Shown here piece by piece: positions 45,505 to 55,171 of a stretch of DNA of 64,000 nt. Origin of the DNA: Candidatus Hydrogenedentota bacterium (GTDB lineage Bacteria > Hydrogenedentota > Hydrogenedentia > Hydrogenedentales > JAEUWI01); the NCBI GenBank assembly GCA_034669905.1, contig JAXMOL010000039.1, positions 1 to 64,000 on the forward strand, given 5' to 3'. Every line of letters starts with the position of its first letter. Position 1 is the stretch's first letter. Position numbers and translations under genes: made by a program. Under the pieces are notes generated by a model. The model saw only the letters and a program-made list of their open reading frames with translations. It made no database searches and was not told the origin of the DNA.

Positions 45505-46770
45505 ATGAGCAAGACGTTGAAGTTGGGATTGATTGGCGCCGGGATGTTTGGCGGAGACGTACATCTGCGCACCTATCTGCAATTGGAACAGAATGGGTTG
45601 ATCCCCTGGTTGGGTCGTCTCGGACTCGACAATATGGCCCGCAAGTTGGGTGATATCGAAATTGACTTCGTGGCCCTGGCTACCCATACTCCCGCTTCCG
45701 GTGCGCGCACCCTGGAGCAGTACAGCAAACTGGGCATGTCCTTCGCCACCTATCATGGTGAGACGCCCTGGATCGACCTCCTTGATGCCCATCCCGATCT
45801 GGATATCCTGGCGGTGGCCACCCCCGACCACCTCCATGCCGCACCCATCCTGGCCGCCCTGGAACGGGGCGTTCATGTCATCACGGAAAAACCGATGACC
45901 CTGGATACCGAAGAGGCCGACGCCATACTGGAAGCGTCGAAGAAGTCGGGCTGCATGGTGGGTGTCGATATGCACAAGCGCTACGACCCGGATCACCTCA
46001 GCATCCGCGACAAGATTGCCGACCGCATCGGCGAGCCTCTCTATGGCCGTGCGGTGCTGGAAGAGCCCCTGGAAGTCTCCACGGAGGTCTTCAAGAGCTG
46101 GGCCGAGAAGAGTGACCCCTTCAGCTATGTGGGATGCCACTGGACGGATCTCTTCATTGCTTACTTTGGCGTCAAGCCTGTTTCGCTGCATGCCGTCGGG
46201 CAAAAAAAGAAACTCCGCCAGGAACACAACCTCGACGCCTTTGATGCGGTCCAGGTGAAGGTCCAGTTTGATAACGGTATGAGTATCGATTTCATCAACA
46301 ACTGGATCGTGCCGGATAAGTTTGAGGCGCCTGTGAATCAGGAAAGTCAGATTTTTGGTACCCACGGCATGGTGGAGTCCGATAGCCAGTATCGGGGACT
46401 CCGTTTCTGCACGACGGAAAACGGTACCCAAACCATGAACAACCACATGACCCGCGACGTCAAACGGGAAGACGGCAGCACCGGCTATGTAGGCTATGGC
46501 GTGGACAGCCTCGTCGTGTGTATAGAGAAAGTCGCCGAGCTAAAGTTTCTTGGCAAGACCCTGGAAGACATTCACAAGGGTTATCCTAATCCCGAAGAAG
46601 CACGCCTTTCTGTACTGATTGTCCATGCGGCCCGCGCCGTGGTGCAGCGCAACCAGACCTATATCGAGGCAGGAAAAGGGGCCCCGGTGACCGCCGTATT
46701 CAATGAAGAAGGCATCACCATGTTCGACCCCTATGCCGGGCCCGAAAAGATCTATAATCGGCCGGTGTGA
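45505..46770 (+). CDS. Gfo/Idh/MocA family oxidoreductase (D-galacturonate reductase-like subgroup possible)
   Basis: GLIGAG, VATPDHLH, HV.TEKP, HKRYDP. Confidence 0.88.
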   Translation: MSKTLKLGLIGAGMFGGDVHLRTYLQLEQNGLIPWLGRLGLDNMARKLGDIEIDFVALATHTPASGARTLEQYSKLGMSFATYHGETPWIDLLDAHPDLDILAVATPDHLHAAPILAALERGVHVITEKPMTLDTEEADAILEASKKSGCMVGVDMHKRYDPDHLSIRDKIADRIGEPLYGRAVLEEPLEVSTEVFKSWAEKSDPFSYVGCHWTDLFIAYFGVKPVSLHAVGQKKKLRQEHNLDAFDAVQVKVQFDNGMSIDFINNWIVPDKFEAPVNQESQIFGTHGMVESDSQYRGLRFCTTENGTQTMNNHMTRDVKREDGSTGYVGYGVDSLVVCIEKVAELKFLGKTLEDIHKGYPNPEEARLSVLIVHAARAVVQRNQTYIEAGKGAPVTAVFNEEGITMFDPYAGPEKIYNRPV

Positions 46771-46771
46771 T

Positions 46772-49321
46772 ATGGCCCGACGCGCCCGCGCTATAACCTT
46801 CCTCAGCCTGCTCGTGATGCTCTTCATTGGCATCGCAGCGGGGGGGCTGTTGTGGCGTTGGACGGGGGGCAACGTTCCCTGGGGTAGTACCCTCACCTGG
46901 CAGCAGATGGAGGGTTTCGTAGAGACCCAGGTTATCGCAGCCACCGATGTGGTGCTCGATATACGCCCGGCCGTGCAACGCCTGGAAGGGGTGGCCACGC
47001 TGACCGTCGCCGCACCCGGAGGAAATGGGGCGGAAGTGGCCGTCCTGCTGAATCCCGGGCTTGCCCTGGATTCTGTGACGTTGAATGGCGAGCCCCTCCG
47101 CTATGACCGTTATCGCGAGCGTATCCGCGTCAGCCTTCCGCCCGACCAGAACACCGGCGCCCTGCAATTCACCTATGGGGGGTGGCCGGAAGCGGTCAAT
47201 AGCTCCACCCATGTGGCCAACGGCGATGAGCTCCTGCTCGACAAACTGCAATGTTGGTACCCGATTGATCTCAAGAATTTTGCTTCTTTTTCAGCCACCC
47301 TTACCGTGCCGGAGCACTGGGAAGTGGTGTGGGGGGGCGCCCTCAAAGAAAACCAACTGAGCGATGGCCGCCGTCGGGTGGTCTGGGAAGAGACCCGACC
47401 CGTGTTGGCGGTCGGATTGGCTGCTGGTGCCTACGAGCGCCGGGCACGGGTGCAGGGAAGTATCCGATGTGCCGTCTACGGGAAAGGCCTCGATGAGGAC
47501 GTCACCGATGCCCGCCTGGCCGCCCTGGGCGATGCCTATAATGCGCTGACGACTCGGCTCGGCACGGATCACTATGAAGTAATCAACCTAGTTGAGAGTC
47601 CTGCGGTGGAGGCCACGGTCCATGGCGGGGGCTCCCTGATCTTTACTGGTACACGTGCGCTTCGCGATGCCGACCACCTCTTTGTCGATCTGGCGCGCAA
47701 CGTGGCCGCCAATTGGTGGGGCGACACGGTCTCCGGCCGGTGGTTCAGCACACGGCCCGAAGCCGGGGAATGGATGGTGTCCTGTCTCTCCGAATTCAGT
47801 GCCTGGCAGGCCCTGCGGACCGTCAAGGGGCGGCGTTCCTATCTGCGCTATATCGAAACCCAGGCGTGTCCGCCCCAGTTTGATGTGCCCATGAAGACCT
47901 TTAATCTCGGTCAGCGCCTTCGTCCCAATGGCGGCTTCGACGGAGAAGCCCTGCGGGTTCGCGGTGCGTTTGTGGCAGCGGTGCTCTCCGAGTATGCCGG
48001 CGCAGAAGCCTTTGAGCGGGCCTCCAAGAATTTCATGTCGGTACACCGGTATACCACCGTATCGTTTGCGGCCTTTCTTCACGAACTCACCCTCGCATCG
48101 GAGCAGCCCCTCGAAGAATTGGTGCGTGTGTGGTTTGACCGACCGGGCACCTTTGATTACCGTGTTGCCCGGGTAGAAGAAGACGCGGGACGCGTCCATA
48201 TCACCGTCGAGAACATGGGGGACATCCCCGCCTATGTCCCGTTGAAACTGGGTATCATCACGGAGAACGGCTATCATACAGAGTCGCTTACTGTCGGAAG
48301 CAGTACCACGACGGTCCGTGTTGCACTGGATGGCCCCGTCCGCCGGGTGGTATTGGATCCGGAATTTGAGGTAGGCGATATGCGGCGTGCCAACAATTGC
48401 TGGCCGGCTACCGAATGGCCCACGGCCTTTGTCGCCGGGGCCAACGGGCGCATCGCCCTGATGCGCCAGGAGGAATGGGGTGAAGCGGAACCGCAAACGG
48501 TCAGTATCTTTTCGCGAATGGACAAGTCTCCTGAGTTTCAGCTGGTCGTGGGGATAGATCGTCCCTGGTCGTTCGAATGGGACCCCGCCGGGCTGCAATT
48601 ATCCTTCGCCAGTGATGCGCTGCAGGGGAGCTTTCAGCAGGGGCAGTGGCAGATGACCGAAGGGCCACCCCATGCCCTGAAGGCATGGCACGGAAGGGAG
48701 CTCAAGACCTGGAACGAAACCGCTCTATTTGGAAGTCCCGAAGGGGGAGAAGGGAAAAGCCTGGTCGCTGTCGAGCAGGATAGCGGTGATGCGGTGATTG
48801 CCCGGGCCAATGGTCACCTGGTCCTGCTGGAGGGTGAAGGTGAGCGGGCCACCCTACTGGGAGAAGACATCTTTCCAGCGAACGACTTGGGGTGGCGCGC
48901 TGGCGAGCGCGCGCTGATCTACTTTGAACAGGGGGGCGATCTGGTTTTCCTGCCCCTGGAAGGCAATCTGCGCACGGTCCTGCTGCACCGAAATTATGCC
49001 GTGACCCGTTCCCGGGTAAGCCCTTCGGCCCAGTATGTCGCCTGGGTAGACCCGGCCGGCCTGCTTCGTGCCGTCGATGTAGTCTCAACCAACCCGGTCT
49101 ATCTTTCCCTGCCCGGGGAAATCGTGGACTTTGCATGGGAGGGCGATGCGGCCTTGCTGGCCCTGGTGGCGACCATACCACGGCGGCTCCCCATGCGGTA
49201 CCACGCCGATTACAGCCTGTGGCGAATTCCCGTTTCCACCTGGCAAGGCACCCAATTGCCCTATAATCCCGAGCAATTCGTACGCGATGTCCCCGATTCT
49301 ACGTTGCCACTCCTGCCCTGA
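46772..49321 (+). CDS. Membrane-anchored M1 aminopeptidase-fold protein lacking zinc ligands, with C-terminal TolB-like propeller
   Basis: N-terminal TM; M1-like LNPGL, WYP, WWG.V, RGA, V.LDP...D..R.NN; HEXXH position reads RNVAA. Confidence 0.75.
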   Translation: MARRARAITFLSLLVMLFIGIAAGGLLWRWTGGNVPWGSTLTWQQMEGFVETQVIAATDVVLDIRPAVQRLEGVATLTVAAPGGNGAEVAVLLNPGLALDSVTLNGEPLRYDRYRERIRVSLPPDQNTGALQFTYGGWPEAVNSSTHVANGDELLLDKLQCWYPIDLKNFASFSATLTVPEHWEVVWGGALKENQLSDGRRRVVWEETRPVLAVGLAAGAYERRARVQGSIRCAVYGKGLDEDVTDARLAALGDAYNALTTRLGTDHYEVINLVESPAVEATVHGGGSLIFTGTRALRDADHLFVDLARNVAANWWGDTVSGRWFSTRPEAGEWMVSCLSEFSAWQALRTVKGRRSYLRYIETQACPPQFDVPMKTFNLGQRLRPNGGFDGEALRVRGAFVAAVLSEYAGAEAFERASKNFMSVHRYTTVSFAAFLHELTLASEQPLEELVRVWFDRPGTFDYRVARVEEDAGRVHITVENMGDIPAYVPLKLGIITENGYHTESLTVGSSTTTVRVALDGPVRRVVLDPEFEVGDMRRANNCWPATEWPTAFVAGANGRIALMRQEEWGEAEPQTVSIFSRMDKSPEFQLVVGIDRPWSFEWDPAGLQLSFASDALQGSFQQGQWQMTEGPPHALKAWHGRELKTWNETALFGSPEGGEGKSLVAVEQDSGDAVIARANGHLVLLEGEGERATLLGEDIFPANDLGWRAGERALIYFEQGGDLVFLPLEGNLRTVLLHRNYAVTRSRVSPSAQYVAWVDPAGLLRAVDVVSTNPVYLSLPGEIVDFAWEGDAALLALVATIPRRLPMRYHADYSLWRIPVSTWQGTQLPYNPEQFVRDVPDSTLPLLP

Positions 49322-49329
49322 GCCAGCGC

Positions 49330-51522
49330 CTATTCCGCAACGACGGTGCAGACGGCCTGGACCGTGGCGGGGGCCATCGTTTCTGCAGGTTTCGCAGCCT
49401 TTTCGTAATGGAGGGGAAAACGGGACTGGGTGCCTTCTGCAGTCACTTCGATTGACATCGGGCCACTGGGATATTCGGAAATGTCGAGGGTATGGTGGCG
49501 CAAGGCCGGATCAGTCTCAATCAAATGGCCGTTTACCCGCAACGCGATACGTTCCGGCTCTTTGCCCAGCCAGTCCCATGACACATCCAGGGTATCGCCC
49601 CACACTTCGGCCCCGTCCGTCGGGTGGGCCAGCACCAATACGGTGGTCTCCGGCGTCTCCTGATGATAGAGGTCTACCAGCCCACGGAGCAGATTGAGGT
49701 AATAGAATCCCCAGCCACCGTCACCCCGATAGGCCGCGGCAGTGCGGGATACGGGCTCGATATCGTCACTGAATTCGATACTGTACGAATCCACGTAGAT
49801 GTCTTTGTTGGGCCCATAGCCGAAGCCTTCCCACTGTCCCGCAAATTCCTGGTATTGGTGCAGCTGCAGAAATCGGGGTCGGTGCTGCTGGGCTGCCCGG
49901 AAGCCCTGGAGAAAGGTCCAGCCGCCCCGTCGTCCGTAGGCCCCTTCTTTCTTCCATCCCCCCTGGGAAAAGAAGGCGCTGGACACCGTGAGGGCCTCCA
50001 CGGCACCGTCGTACAACGTCGGCACGGGCGTCAGGGTAGCGTCCATCCAGGACCAGAAACCATGTTCCTCGTGATCGTTAAACTCATGTTGGAAGGATTG
50101 GTACCGAACCGTGAAATTCGATTCATCGATACGGGAAGCGCCGGTGGCGTCTTTCCACTGGGGCCCACCACCGCTGTGCACCAGGAGCAGGGGCTTTTCG
50201 AGATAGGCTTCGAAAAGGCCCGCGAAGCGGGGGTTTCGCACATAGGTGCTGTGAATCCACTGAAGTTCCTCGTTTACGGCTTCCACCGTCGTGCTCGGAC
50301 CATTGTTCAAACCGACGTAGAGCACGACCGTGGGTACGGAATGGCCCTCGTCCCGAAGAACTGCCAGCCCTTCGAGCAGTTGGGTGGTCGCGTGGATTAC
50401 CTCATTGGTATTGCTGTCGCGCTCGTGCCAGTGCGATTTACCCCAGAGATGGTTGGTCCAGTCAACCACGAGGAAGTCGATGCCGGACTCTATGAGCCAA
50501 ATCATCTGTTGGCGAATGACGTCGGGGTTCCACGACCAATAGCGGCCGGTAACAGGGATGGCGTGGGTGGAAGCCCAATGGGCATAATGGGGCGTAAACC
50601 ACGGCTCAAACTGAATGCCCACCCGGTGCGCGCGATTCCCTTCAACGCGGTGGAGTGTTCGGTCCGCGACAGTGACCATAAGGGGCTCGGAGAAGAGCCC
50701 TTCTGCCGGTTTTGGGGTGCCGGCAATATTCAGTTTCCCGTTTGGAAGCCCCGGCCAGTCCCTCATGGCCTTGCGATAGGGGCTCCAGTCGATAGCGGCG
50801 AGCACCTGGGGTTTTTCGCCATCCACTTCCGCCCGAAAGGGCCACCCATAGGGTGCTGCCGGAAAATAGGTCCAATCCGCATCGGTGACGAGCAAGGGGG
50901 GCGCACTGTCGTCGCCTCCGTCCACGCGCACCAGCAGCCCCGCAAGGCCACCACCACCCGTGGCGGCAACGGAGAGCACGTTTTCTCCGGGGAGCAGGTG
51001 GGGTTGCAGATCGCCGACCGGTTCGTTCGTGCGCCAGCCGGATACCTGGGCGACTTCCTCGCCATTCAAATAGATAGTGGCTTCGTCGTCTACGGCGACA
51101 AAAAGACGAAGGGGGGCGGTGTTATCTTCCACCAGGAAGGTCTGCTGAAAATACTGCGGGCTGTCCTCTGCCGTGGTGTTGCCCCAAATCCATTCGCCCT
51201 GCGGTCCGCTGGAAAGGGGCGCTTCAACCAGCACCTGTACTTCCTGAGGGCCTACGTTGGGCAGGGGGAGGTAGTGAATGGTCTGGCCGTTCGCGTCTGT
51301 CTTTTCAATGGCTCCCCACCGTTTACCGTTCACAAAGGGGATGACGCGATGTCCTTCCGCGGAGCTGCCGTTTCCGGTGCGGACTCGGGTCGTAAGTATG
51401 ACGCTGTCACCCATGCCCACGGCCTGCTGGTCAAGGGTGGTATGCACCGTGTCGGCGGCGAAGGCAGTGGAGAGCAATGCCAGGGCGATGGTGGTCATGA
51501 GGGTATGCATGGGGCGCTTCAA
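49330..51522 (-). CDS. Secreted GH99/GH71-like glycoside hydrolase with N-terminal beta-sandwich modules
   Basis: Signal peptide; VDD.A.IYLNG...L.PGENVL.V jelly-roll; P..G.Y.S.NPDVIRQQ..W....GIDF..VDW; DDIEP. Confidence 0.65.
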   Translation of the reverse strand: MKRPMHTLMTTIALALLSTAFAADTVHTTLDQQAVGMGDSVILTTRVRTGNGSSAEGHRVIPFVNGKRWGAIEKTDANGQTIHYLPLPNVGPQEVQVLVEAPLSSGPQGEWIWGNTTAEDSPQYFQQTFLVEDNTAPLRLFVAVDDEATIYLNGEEVAQVSGWRTNEPVGDLQPHLLPGENVLSVAATGGGGLAGLLVRVDGGDDSAPPLLVTDADWTYFPAAPYGWPFRAEVDGEKPQVLAAIDWSPYRKAMRDWPGLPNGKLNIAGTPKPAEGLFSEPLMVTVADRTLHRVEGNRAHRVGIQFEPWFTPHYAHWASTHAIPVTGRYWSWNPDVIRQQMIWLIESGIDFLVVDWTNHLWGKSHWHERDSNTNEVIHATTQLLEGLAVLRDEGHSVPTVVLYVGLNNGPSTTVEAVNEELQWIHSTYVRNPRFAGLFEAYLEKPLLLVHSGGGPQWKDATGASRIDESNFTVRYQSFQHEFNDHEEHGFWSWMDATLTPVPTLYDGAVEALTVSSAFFSQGGWKKEGAYGRRGGWTFLQGFRAAQQHRPRFLQLHQYQEFAGQWEGFGYGPNKDIYVDSYSIEFSDDIEPVSRTAAAYRGDGGWGFYYLNLLRGLVDLYHQETPETTVLVLAHPTDGAEVWGDTLDVSWDWLGKEPERIALRVNGHLIETDPALRHHTLDISEYPSGPMSIEVTAEGTQSRFPLHYEKAAKPAETMAPATVQAVCTVVAE

Positions 51523-51755
51523 CAGTCTTACCTCGTGTCAGGTTGCGGTTGGGACGTTCGGTCCTGCTGATGGTACGGGATCTGGTGGTGCGGGTGCCAG
51601 TGCCGCGGCAGGTGACGGAGCCCCTGTCGACCGCGTATAATGCGCCGTTGGACCTGTTTCTACCGTGTCCTGACGTGGGGTGGAAACATGGTTTTCGTGG
51701 AGTCCTGCCCCGGTGCGGGCGGACACCCCCATGAAGTTGGAATGAGGAGAGTGCG

Positions 51756-53576
51756 TTGCTTTTGGAATGGGATGGCTGGGTGACCATAGGCGTTATTCTG
51801 TCGGTATTTATCATCTTGGTGCGGGGCTGGGCTCCTTCCGACATGGTCATGATTGCGGCGGCCGTTCTGCTGGGCGTCATCGGCGTGCTCGACGTGCAAA
51901 CCGTTTTCGGCGGTATGGTCAATCCCGGCGTACTCGCTATTGGGGGACTCTTTGTCGTGGCGGCCGCCATGCGGGAGACTGGCGTCATCGATCTGGTCGG
52001 CGCACGTCTCTTGGGATCTGCCCGTACCGAAGGGGCGGCGTTGAGGCGTCTCGCTGTGTCGGTGGTGCCCCTGTCGGCCTTCCTCAACAACACCCCGGTG
52101 GTGGCCATGCTCGTACCCATGCTCTCCAACTGGTCGCGCAAGAACCAGGTGGCCGCTTCCAAACTGCTCATCCCCCTTTCTTATATGGCCATTCTGGGCG
52201 GCACCTGCACCCTTATCGGGACCAGCACCACCATCGTGGTGAATGGTTTGATGAAGGAACAATACGATCATTTCACCGCATTGGGTCAGACGGCGTTCGC
52301 CGATGGACTGAGGCGCATCGAAATGTTCGAGATCAGTATGCTCGGCATTCCTTTCGCCCTTATTGGTGTGGTCTATCTGCTGACTATCGGGCGCCGTCTC
52401 TTGCCCGAACGTACCGATTTGCTCCAGGAAACAAACAGTGGCTCCCGCGACTACCTGGTCGATATGCGCCTGGAGCCGAGCTGTCGCCTTGTGGGCGATA
52501 CCATTGAGGTGGCCGGATTGCGTCATCTCCCGGGACTCTTCCTCGTCGAAATCGTTCGCAACGGAAAGTGCATCACACCCGTGCGCCCCGATGAGGTGCT
52601 CCATGCCGACGATGTGCTGACCTTTACCGGGGTCCTGTCTACCATCGTAGATCTGGAACGCATTCCCGGACTCGTGCCCAATGCGGACGCCGGCTACGAG
52701 GCCGAAGCACCCCGCGCGCGGGATAAGGCCCTGAGTGAAGCCGTCATTTCGGATCGCTCTCCCGTCATTGGCAAGACCGTGCGGGCGGCCGAGTTTCGTG
52801 CCCTCTACAATGCCGCCATTGTCGCCGTGCACCGGGGGGGGCAACGTATTCGTGGCCGCGTGGGGGATATCGTGTTGCAGGCAGGTGATACCCTCTTGCT
52901 CCAGGCCGATCCCCACTTTATCCGGGCACATCGTTACAGCCGCGACTTTTTCCTGGTGGGTGGTGTGGAGGAGGCTCGGGCCGTGCGCAATGACAAGGCC
53001 GTTATCGCCCTCGGACTCTTATTGGTGCTTATTGGGCTGATGAGTTTCGGCCCGTTGATAGGTTTGGATATCGCCCTCGCGGCCGCCTTGATCGCGGGGC
53101 TTATGGTCTTGACGCAGTGCATATCACCGGCCGTTGCCCGCGAATCCCTCGACCTGCGGACGCTGATGACCATCGGTGGCGCCATCGCGCTCGGCGAGGC
53201 CCTGAAACAGACCGGTGGTGCCGAGTATCTCGTTGCCCAGTTCAATGTAGAATCGCCGTACATCATGTTGGCGGCGATTTATATCATCACCAGCATCCTC
53301 ACCGAATGCGTTACCACCAAAGGTGCCGCAGTTATCATGTTTCACATCGGGCTTGCCACGGCCGCGCAATTAGACGTCAGTCCACGGCCCTTCGCCATCG
53401 CCGTCGTTTTTGCCGCAGCCGCGAGCTTCGTTACTCCCCTGGGATACCAGACCAATCTCATGGTCTATGGCCCGGGTGGCTACCGCTTTACTGACTACAT
53501 TAAGACGGGGTTGCCATTGAACGTGGTACTGACCACGATCGGAATCATTGCGATCCCGTTTATATGGCCCTTCTAA
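51756..53576 (+). CDS. SLC13/DASS family permease with TrkA-C (RCK_C) domains
   Basis: SAFLNNTPVVA, LGG.CTLIGTST..V, two TrkA-C repeats, TPLGYQTNLMVYGPGGY.F.DY. Confidence 0.93.
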   Translation: MLLEWDGWVTIGVILSVFIILVRGWAPSDMVMIAAAVLLGVIGVLDVQTVFGGMVNPGVLAIGGLFVVAAAMRETGVIDLVGARLLGSARTEGAALRRLAVSVVPLSAFLNNTPVVAMLVPMLSNWSRKNQVAASKLLIPLSYMAILGGTCTLIGTSTTIVVNGLMKEQYDHFTALGQTAFADGLRRIEMFEISMLGIPFALIGVVYLLTIGRRLLPERTDLLQETNSGSRDYLVDMRLEPSCRLVGDTIEVAGLRHLPGLFLVEIVRNGKCITPVRPDEVLHADDVLTFTGVLSTIVDLERIPGLVPNADAGYEAEAPRARDKALSEAVISDRSPVIGKTVRAAEFRALYNAAIVAVHRGGQRIRGRVGDIVLQAGDTLLLQADPHFIRAHRYSRDFFLVGGVEEARAVRNDKAVIALGLLLVLIGLMSFGPLIGLDIALAAALIAGLMVLTQCISPAVARESLDLRTLMTIGGAIALGEALKQTGGAEYLVAQFNVESPYIMLAAIYIITSILTECVTTKGAAVIMFHIGLATAAQLDVSPRPFAIAVVFAAAASFVTPLGYQTNLMVYGPGGYRFTDYIKTGLPLNVVLTTIGIIAIPFIWPF

Positions 53577-53806
53577 TCGCCATGGGCTCGTCTGGCGTGG
53601 AATAGGCGTCCCGCGTGTCATGTCGTGACGTAAACCGTGAGCTGGCCGAAATCTTTGGGGTGCCGTTTTGAAGAGGGGGAGGGCCCCGACGTCCGGGGGG
53701 ATATGCTGCGGGGAAATCTTTCTCGCCACCTGGTGGGTGTCAGGGCTGCTCCGTTTGCCGCGTCGGGGCAGTCTCCGCCTGCGGCGCGTCTTCGACCCGC
53801 CAGCGG

Positions 53807-55105
53807 TTATTCTTCGGCCTGCTTCCGGCATTGCACGATGAGCTCCGCGCCGGCGATATGGCGGTGTGCCTCGATCGTCAGGCCCCTCTCACCCAGTGCC
53901 GCGCGCAGCTTCTCCAGATCGTAGTGGGTCACATGTTCCCTGGTGTAGGGATAGGGCACGATGCGATGGTACAGGCCCTCGATAAGAGGCCACTGCCAAC
54001 CGCCGTAGTCAGGCGTCCCAAGCAGCAGACAGCCTCCTGGCCTCAGCACCCGTGCCAATTCATCCAGCAATGCCACGCCGTCATGGTCGATGTGCTCAAG
54101 TAGCTGAGAACACACGAGGGTGGCCACCGTGGCATCGGCGAAGGGCAAGCGACATGCGTCTCCCTGAACGAGCGGATGGCCACTGCGGCGCATGAAGCGA
54201 AGCTTTTGCCCATTCAAATCGAGACCAATGCTTCCCTCCGGCAGTTGAGTCAGCAGGGTTGAAGTGCCGCAGCCTACGTCGACACAGGGCAGATCGGAAG
54301 GCGCGAACTCCAGGATATGGCTGGCCCGTTTTCTGTGCCACCAGCGTTGGAGGGGAATGCGGCTGTGACAGGCCCGCCAATCATAGTCGGGAAAGTCACA
54401 GGCGTTGCGGATGCGCCACATCTGGTAGAAGAGCCGACAGTAATCGACGCCAAACTGAATAATACGCGCATTCGAGCGGCCTTCTTCCCGGGGTTCATAG
54501 TGGAAGGGAATCTCCGCCACGTGGCCGCCGCGGGCCATGATTTTCAGCAGGAGTTCCACCAGGAACACGAAGGTCGTAAAACGGATCTCGAGTCCTTCAA
54601 AGACTTTCCGGTGGTAAAGCCGGTAGCCGCTGGAGAGGTCCAGCACGGTGAGACTCAGCCCAAAACGAAAGAAGGCATTCAGGATCTTGCTCAGCAGGAG
54701 ACGGAAAAACGGCTGGTCGGCACCGCCCCCTTCCACATAGCGAGAGGCAATCACCAGATCGCCCTTATCCCGTGCAGCCCAAAGGTCCTGAATGAATTTC
54801 GTCGGATGGGAGAGGTCCGCGTCCATGGTAATCATATAGTCGCCGCGGGCGGCCTGTGCGCCCGTGAGGATGGCGTGGCCGTAGCCCCGTCCTTTCTCAC
54901 GCAAATAGCGCGCACCGTGGGAGGCCACAATATCAGGAGTGCCATCGTCCGAATCGGCATCCACTACCAGCACTTCCGTCGCGATGTCCAAACCCGCCAG
55001 CGCATCCTGAAGAGCGGGGAGGAGCAGCTCCAGATTGGCCCCCTCATTTTTCGCCGGAATGACTACCGACAATGCTATGGCCTGTGCACCTTCGCTTACC
55101 GACAT
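53807..55105 (-). CDS. GT2 (Dol-P-Man synthase-like) glycosyltransferase fused to a class I SAM methyltransferase
   Basis: SVVIPA.NE, VD..S.DGT, MDADLSH, SRY..GG, D.SSGYR; then DVGCG, GDA..LPF, LEH, RVLRPGG. Confidence 0.9.
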   Translation of the reverse strand: MSVSEGAQAIALSVVIPAKNEGANLELLLPALQDALAGLDIATEVLVVDADSDDGTPDIVASHGARYLREKGRGYGHAILTGAQAARGDYMITMDADLSHPTKFIQDLWAARDKGDLVIASRYVEGGGADQPFFRLLLSKILNAFFRFGLSLTVLDLSSGYRLYHRKVFEGLEIRFTTFVFLVELLLKIMARGGHVAEIPFHYEPREEGRSNARIIQFGVDYCRLFYQMWRIRNACDFPDYDWRACHSRIPLQRWWHRKRASHILEFAPSDLPCVDVGCGTSTLLTQLPEGSIGLDLNGQKLRFMRRSGHPLVQGDACRLPFADATVATLVCSQLLEHIDHDGVALLDELARVLRPGGCLLLGTPDYGGWQWPLIEGLYHRIVPYPYTREHVTHYDLEKLRAALGERGLTIEAHRHIAGAELIVQCRKQAEE

Positions 55106-55171
55106 TGTACTACCTTAATTTGTGGGGAGTCCCCGAGCCCTGTTTCATGAGTAATTCGTCGCACCTGACAG

